Below are positions 61,250 to 64,000 of a stretch of DNA of 64,000 bases, in pieces. Source of the stretch: Verrucomicrobiota bacterium. GTDB taxonomy: Bacteria > Verrucomicrobiota > Verrucomicrobiia > Limisphaerales > JAHDYP01. How positions within the stretch are numbered: the stretch's first letter is position 1; every line of letters starts with the position of its first letter. Where the stretch lies: contig JBJOII010000003.1 of the NCBI GenBank assembly GCA_046047235.1, positions 8,970-72,969 of the forward strand, read 5' to 3'. The notes under the pieces are model-generated. The model was not told the origin of the DNA, ran no database searches, and saw only the letters and a program-made list of their open reading frames with translations. A program made the position numbers and the translations under genes.

Positions 61250-62656
61250 TCAAAACATCACGTCCGCTGAACAATAGGCGTACGCCGTGTCGCCACGTTC
61301 AATAGCGCTCGGCACATTCCGGATGAACTCGCCGGCAAACAAGTAGGCACCCCCCACCTCCAGGCCCACGTTGCCAGGAAGCACTGACCAGCGCAGCCGC
61401 GCCTCCAGTTGATGGCCCACAAACGACCCTGAATTCCCCGAGGGATCACGCAAACCACTGGTCGTCCATGCATCCCGTTTGGAAGCAAGCCAGTAGGGCC
61501 GGTAACTCACCATGGCGTCCAACGGCTTCGTCGGCCGGGCGCTAAAACGCACGCCCGGCGACTGAATGTTGGATCGGGCAAACGCCCCGTAAATTCCCGT
61601 CGGCCCATGCTCAAACCGTCGCGCACCGAAAAGCGTATCAAACCGGTTGTTGCGCGAATCCGTCGGGTCGTCGTCTCCACTGGCATAATCGTAGAGCAAA
61701 GCAACGCGCGGAGCCCAGGCTGCCCCCAGGGTGTAACCCAGCTCCGCATGCCCGAAATACGCCAGATGATCCAAATCCCGCGATGTAACGCTGTTGCGCA
61801 GGTTCCCCGCCTGCAACACCGCCTCCATATCAAAATCCCATCGTTCCCTGCCCGGCTTACGCAACAACCTCACACCCGGCGTGTAATAGTTGCGCTTCAG
61901 TAAAGGCAAACCCGCCGAGTTATCCTCATGCAGCCCGAAGACATAAGCCTCCCCGGTGCTCCCCGCAACCAGCCCCGGCAACTCCGCATGCAGACCCCAG
62001 AATCGGTAATCAAAGTTCTCGTGATCGATCTCAATATCGTTGTCCAGCAAGGACACCGGATCCCGTGGCATCCTCCTGACGGGAAGTACGTAAAAAGCGC
62101 GAAAGACAGGACCCTCCCGTAGCCGCCACTCATAATCCAAACCCGTGAAGGCGTTGATCGTGTTGCGAAACCTGTTCCGCGCAACCAGCCTTCGACTTCC
62201 CACATCCATGGTCTGACGCCCAAACCGAAATTCACTGCTGCTCTCCCCCACAAAAGGCCCCTCCAACCGAAGCGACCCGTAGACTTGAAGCGGCTCCAGC
62301 GCGTTGACAATCGTCGTGTTAATGGGCGTACCCAAATCAGCCAGCTCCTGACGAGAGTCCACCATCTCCCCCACCACACTGACCCGCTCAGCCTTCGCTT
62401 CCATCCTCAGCGTGGTGCGGAACGCCAACACCTGATCCCCCCCGGATCGCAACGCCCTAAACTGCCCATCCAACGTCTCATACCGCGCACGGTGCGTGCC
62501 ACTCACATCCAGCCACCCCGGCAAGCCCACGGCATCAGATAACCGCCAGGGACCCGCCTCGTTCGTGCCGGCTGCCGATAGATGGCCCGGCATATGACCA
62601 CCACCAATCAGCAAGGTGCAGAATAACAGAAAGCTGATACGCATCGCTGTGTTCAT
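61250..62656 (-). CDS. Alginate-export-type outer-membrane beta-barrel porin
   Basis: ATG at 62656 gives signal peptide MNTAMRISFLLFCTLLIGG. The N-terminal WLDVSGTHRARYE region is as I recall for the alginate_exp family, and the C-terminal residue is aromatic (F). The upstream track extension contains a repeat module. Confidence 0.75.
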   Translation of the reverse strand: MNTAMRISFLLFCTLLIGGGHMPGHLSAAGTNEAGPWRLSDAVGLPGWLDVSGTHRARYETLDGQFRALRSGGDQVLAFRTTLRMEAKAERVSVVGEMVDSRQELADLGTPINTTIVNALEPLQVYGSLRLEGPFVGESSSEFRFGRQTMDVGSRRLVARNRFRNTINAFTGLDYEWRLREGPVFRAFYVLPVRRMPRDPVSLLDNDIEIDHENFDYRFWGLHAELPGLVAGSTGEAYVFGLHEDNSAGLPLLKRNYYTPGVRLLRKPGRERWDFDMEAVLQAGNLRNSVTSRDLDHLAYFGHAELGYTLGAAWAPRVALLYDYASGDDDPTDSRNNRFDTLFGARRFEHGPTGIYGAFARSNIQSPGVRFSARPTKPLDAMVSYRPYWLASKRDAWTTSGLRDPSGNSGSFVGHQLEARLRWSVLPGNVGLEVGGAYLFAGEFIRNVPSAIERGDTAYAYCSADVMF

Positions 62657-62754
62657 ATCACGACAGGACAAACCCCAATGCCAACAGCTAATTGCAAACC
62701 ACCCGGTATCCCATCTCCCATCTACCTCCGCCCTCGGCGCTCTGCCCCCCACCG

Positions 62755-62805
62755 TCTCCCCTCTCCTCTCTACCCTCTTCCTGCATCGCGGACGCCCGCG
62801 ATGCA
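62755..62805 (+). repeat. Polypyrimidine tract plus hairpin module (TGCATCGCGG-acgc-CCGCGATGCA)
   Basis: TCTCCCCTCTCCTCTCTACCCTCTTCC followed by a perfect 10-bp stem, in the porin/secreted-protein divergent spacer. Confidence 0.85.
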
Positions 62806-62892
62806 AGGGGAATTAAGACTTGATCATTCTTAAAGTTAGAACGCATGGTGCAACGCTAAGGTGGCTAATGCGTTCTCGGTCACGGGTGTATC

Positions 62893-64000
62893 ATGAAAAA
62901 CCTACTTGTACCCTGCATTGTCGCTGCGCTCAGCCTCACCAGCGCAGCATCACTGGCTCAAACTGTCTCCGATTCTTTCGATGACAACTCCCGCGACGGA
63001 TCGCTCTGGCGAGACCCCGAAGTGTTCGTCGGTAACGGATCGCTGCTGGAACAAAACGGACGATTGGAATGGGTCGCGTCGAACTCTTCCGAGAACGAAG
63101 TTGGACAGGGACTCCTGACCTATCCCAACTACAATTCCCCCTGGCAGCTCGAGATGGTTGTCGCCGTCGAAACCTCCAACTTCTCCTCACCCGGCCAGAC
63201 CGGCAGCATCGCCATCACTGTTGGAAGTTCCCTGCTGAATGATGATTACCTGGAGTTCGGGCTGGGTGCCGGTGTACTGCCCGGCATCAGCGACAACCAA
63301 GCCCTGTTCACCAGTGCCTACGACGGCTCGAAACTCTACGAACCCACCCCCTCTTTCGGTCAGTTCCCCATCGCAATAGGACTGCGCTTAACCTACGACC
63401 CCACGACACGCCTGATCCGCATGTACTATGATCAGGACACCGACAGCACCGACGGTGAATGGACGCTGTTCCAAGCCTATACCATCGACGGATCTACCCG
63501 GGACGGCGCCGAGACCATGAACCTCGGCATGAGCGCCAACGACTTCTTCTGGTTCGAGATCATCGCCCACTCCGAATCCTCCGCCATGCCCGCAGGTTCA
63601 GCCTGGCTGGATAACTTCTCCCTCCACGTCGGTACCACCGCACTCAGCGAACCGGGCTCGACCTTTCAGGACGACTTCGACGACGACAACCTGCATCCCA
63701 ACTGGGGCTTGGAGGTCCGCAGCGGCACTCCCGAGCTGATCGAAGAAAGCAACCGGCTCCAGTTCCGGACAAGTTCCACGCTTGGCGAACAGGAGATCGC
63801 CGCTTTTCCGGATTCAACGATCACCCCACGGTTCGACCAAGCCTTCGAGGCACGCGTTGAAATGCACTGGCTCCCCGATAACATGAGTGTCGGCGGGCAG
63901 GTCAGCGGCGGCGACCTGATCCTCGAAAATCTCGCCGGCTTCGGAGAATTCACGCTCTCCGTCGGAGCCATCTTCGAATCCGGCCAGCTCCAGCAGGTCC
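62893..64000 (+). CDS. Secreted protein with tandem LamG/concanavalin-like beta-sandwich repeats (5' part; runs off the window)
   Basis: It is absent from the ORF track because it has no stop in the window. I translated 369 codons by hand with no stop. Signal peptide MKNLLVPCIVAALSLTSAASLA. Two units of about 250 aa start SFDDNSRDGSLW and FQDDFDDDNLHPNW, and the first ends AWLDNFSL. Confidence 0.6.
   Translation, partial: MKNLLVPCIVAALSLTSAASLAQTVSDSFDDNSRDGSLWRDPEVFVGNGSLLEQNGRLEWVASNSSENEVGQGLLTYPNYNSPWQLEMVVAVETSNFSSPGQTGSIAITVGSSLLNDDYLEFGLGAGVLPGISDNQALFTSAYDGSKLYEPTPSFGQFPIAIGLRLTYDPTTRLIRMYYDQDTDSTDGEWTLFQAYTIDGSTRDGAETMNLGMSANDFFWFEIIAHSESSAMPAGSAWLDNFSLHVGTTALSEPGSTFQDDFDDDNLHPNWGLEVRSGTPELIEESNRLQFRTSSTLGEQEIAAFPDSTITPRFDQAFEARVEMHWLPDNMSVGGQVSGGDLILENLAGFGEFTLSVGAIFESGQLQQV

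Noticed and set aside
1-64000. Search by eye for tRNA, rRNA, tmRNA, RNase P or known riboswitch signatures in all spacers longer than 100 bp.
   Set aside because: I recognised nothing: no cloverleaf-compatible segments with a T-loop GTTCRANYC, no rRNA-like blocks and no familiar riboswitch cores. This is a weak negative. A scan with tRNAscan-SE and Infernal is needed to confirm it.

Overview
This 64-kb window comes from a high-GC bacterial chromosome. The given strand carries more C than G along its whole length, whichever way the genes point. I recognise about 55 protein-coding genes and no rRNA, tRNA, CRISPR array, prophage or IS element. Gene content suggests a PVC/Verrucomicrobiota-like organism, but that is inference only. 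In order, the window holds two paralogous membrane Ser/Thr kinases (one apparently frameshifted), a beta-propeller/phosphoesterase fusion and a TrpB2. Next are a two-domain PPK2, a secreted S1C protease coupled to a catalytically dead paralog, and housekeeping genes (dus, mnmE, xerC-like, aroK, queG). These are followed by a sulfatase and a four-gene unit of small EamA-like protein, GT2, PAS histidine kinase and REC-HD-GYP. After that come an aguA/deoxyhypusine-synthase-like polyamine pair, a ClC channel and an RluA-methyltransferase fusion. An ExeA/GspB-like/CPBP trio lies divergent from a flagellar block: fliOPQR-flhBAF, an 85-aa membrane protein, fliA and motAB. The window ends with phnA-phnY, proC, an ars operon (arsR-arsC-arsM::arsD fusion-arsA, no permease), a GH20-like gene, an alginate-export-type porin and a truncated secreted gene that the ORF track misses. 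The least explained signal is non-coding. Almost every long intergenic spacer is a strand-locked mosaic of reused modules: register-perfect heptamer satellites, GCA-triloop hairpins with a compensatory stem change, and polypyrimidine tracts each followed by a hairpin of variable sequence. There is also a 137-bp dispersed repeat. Several of these tracts run flush into the stop codons of minus-strand genes. A separate 235-bp lower-GC element bounded by inverted repeats sits at 60973-61207. All functional calls rest on motif recognition by eye. No database search was run.
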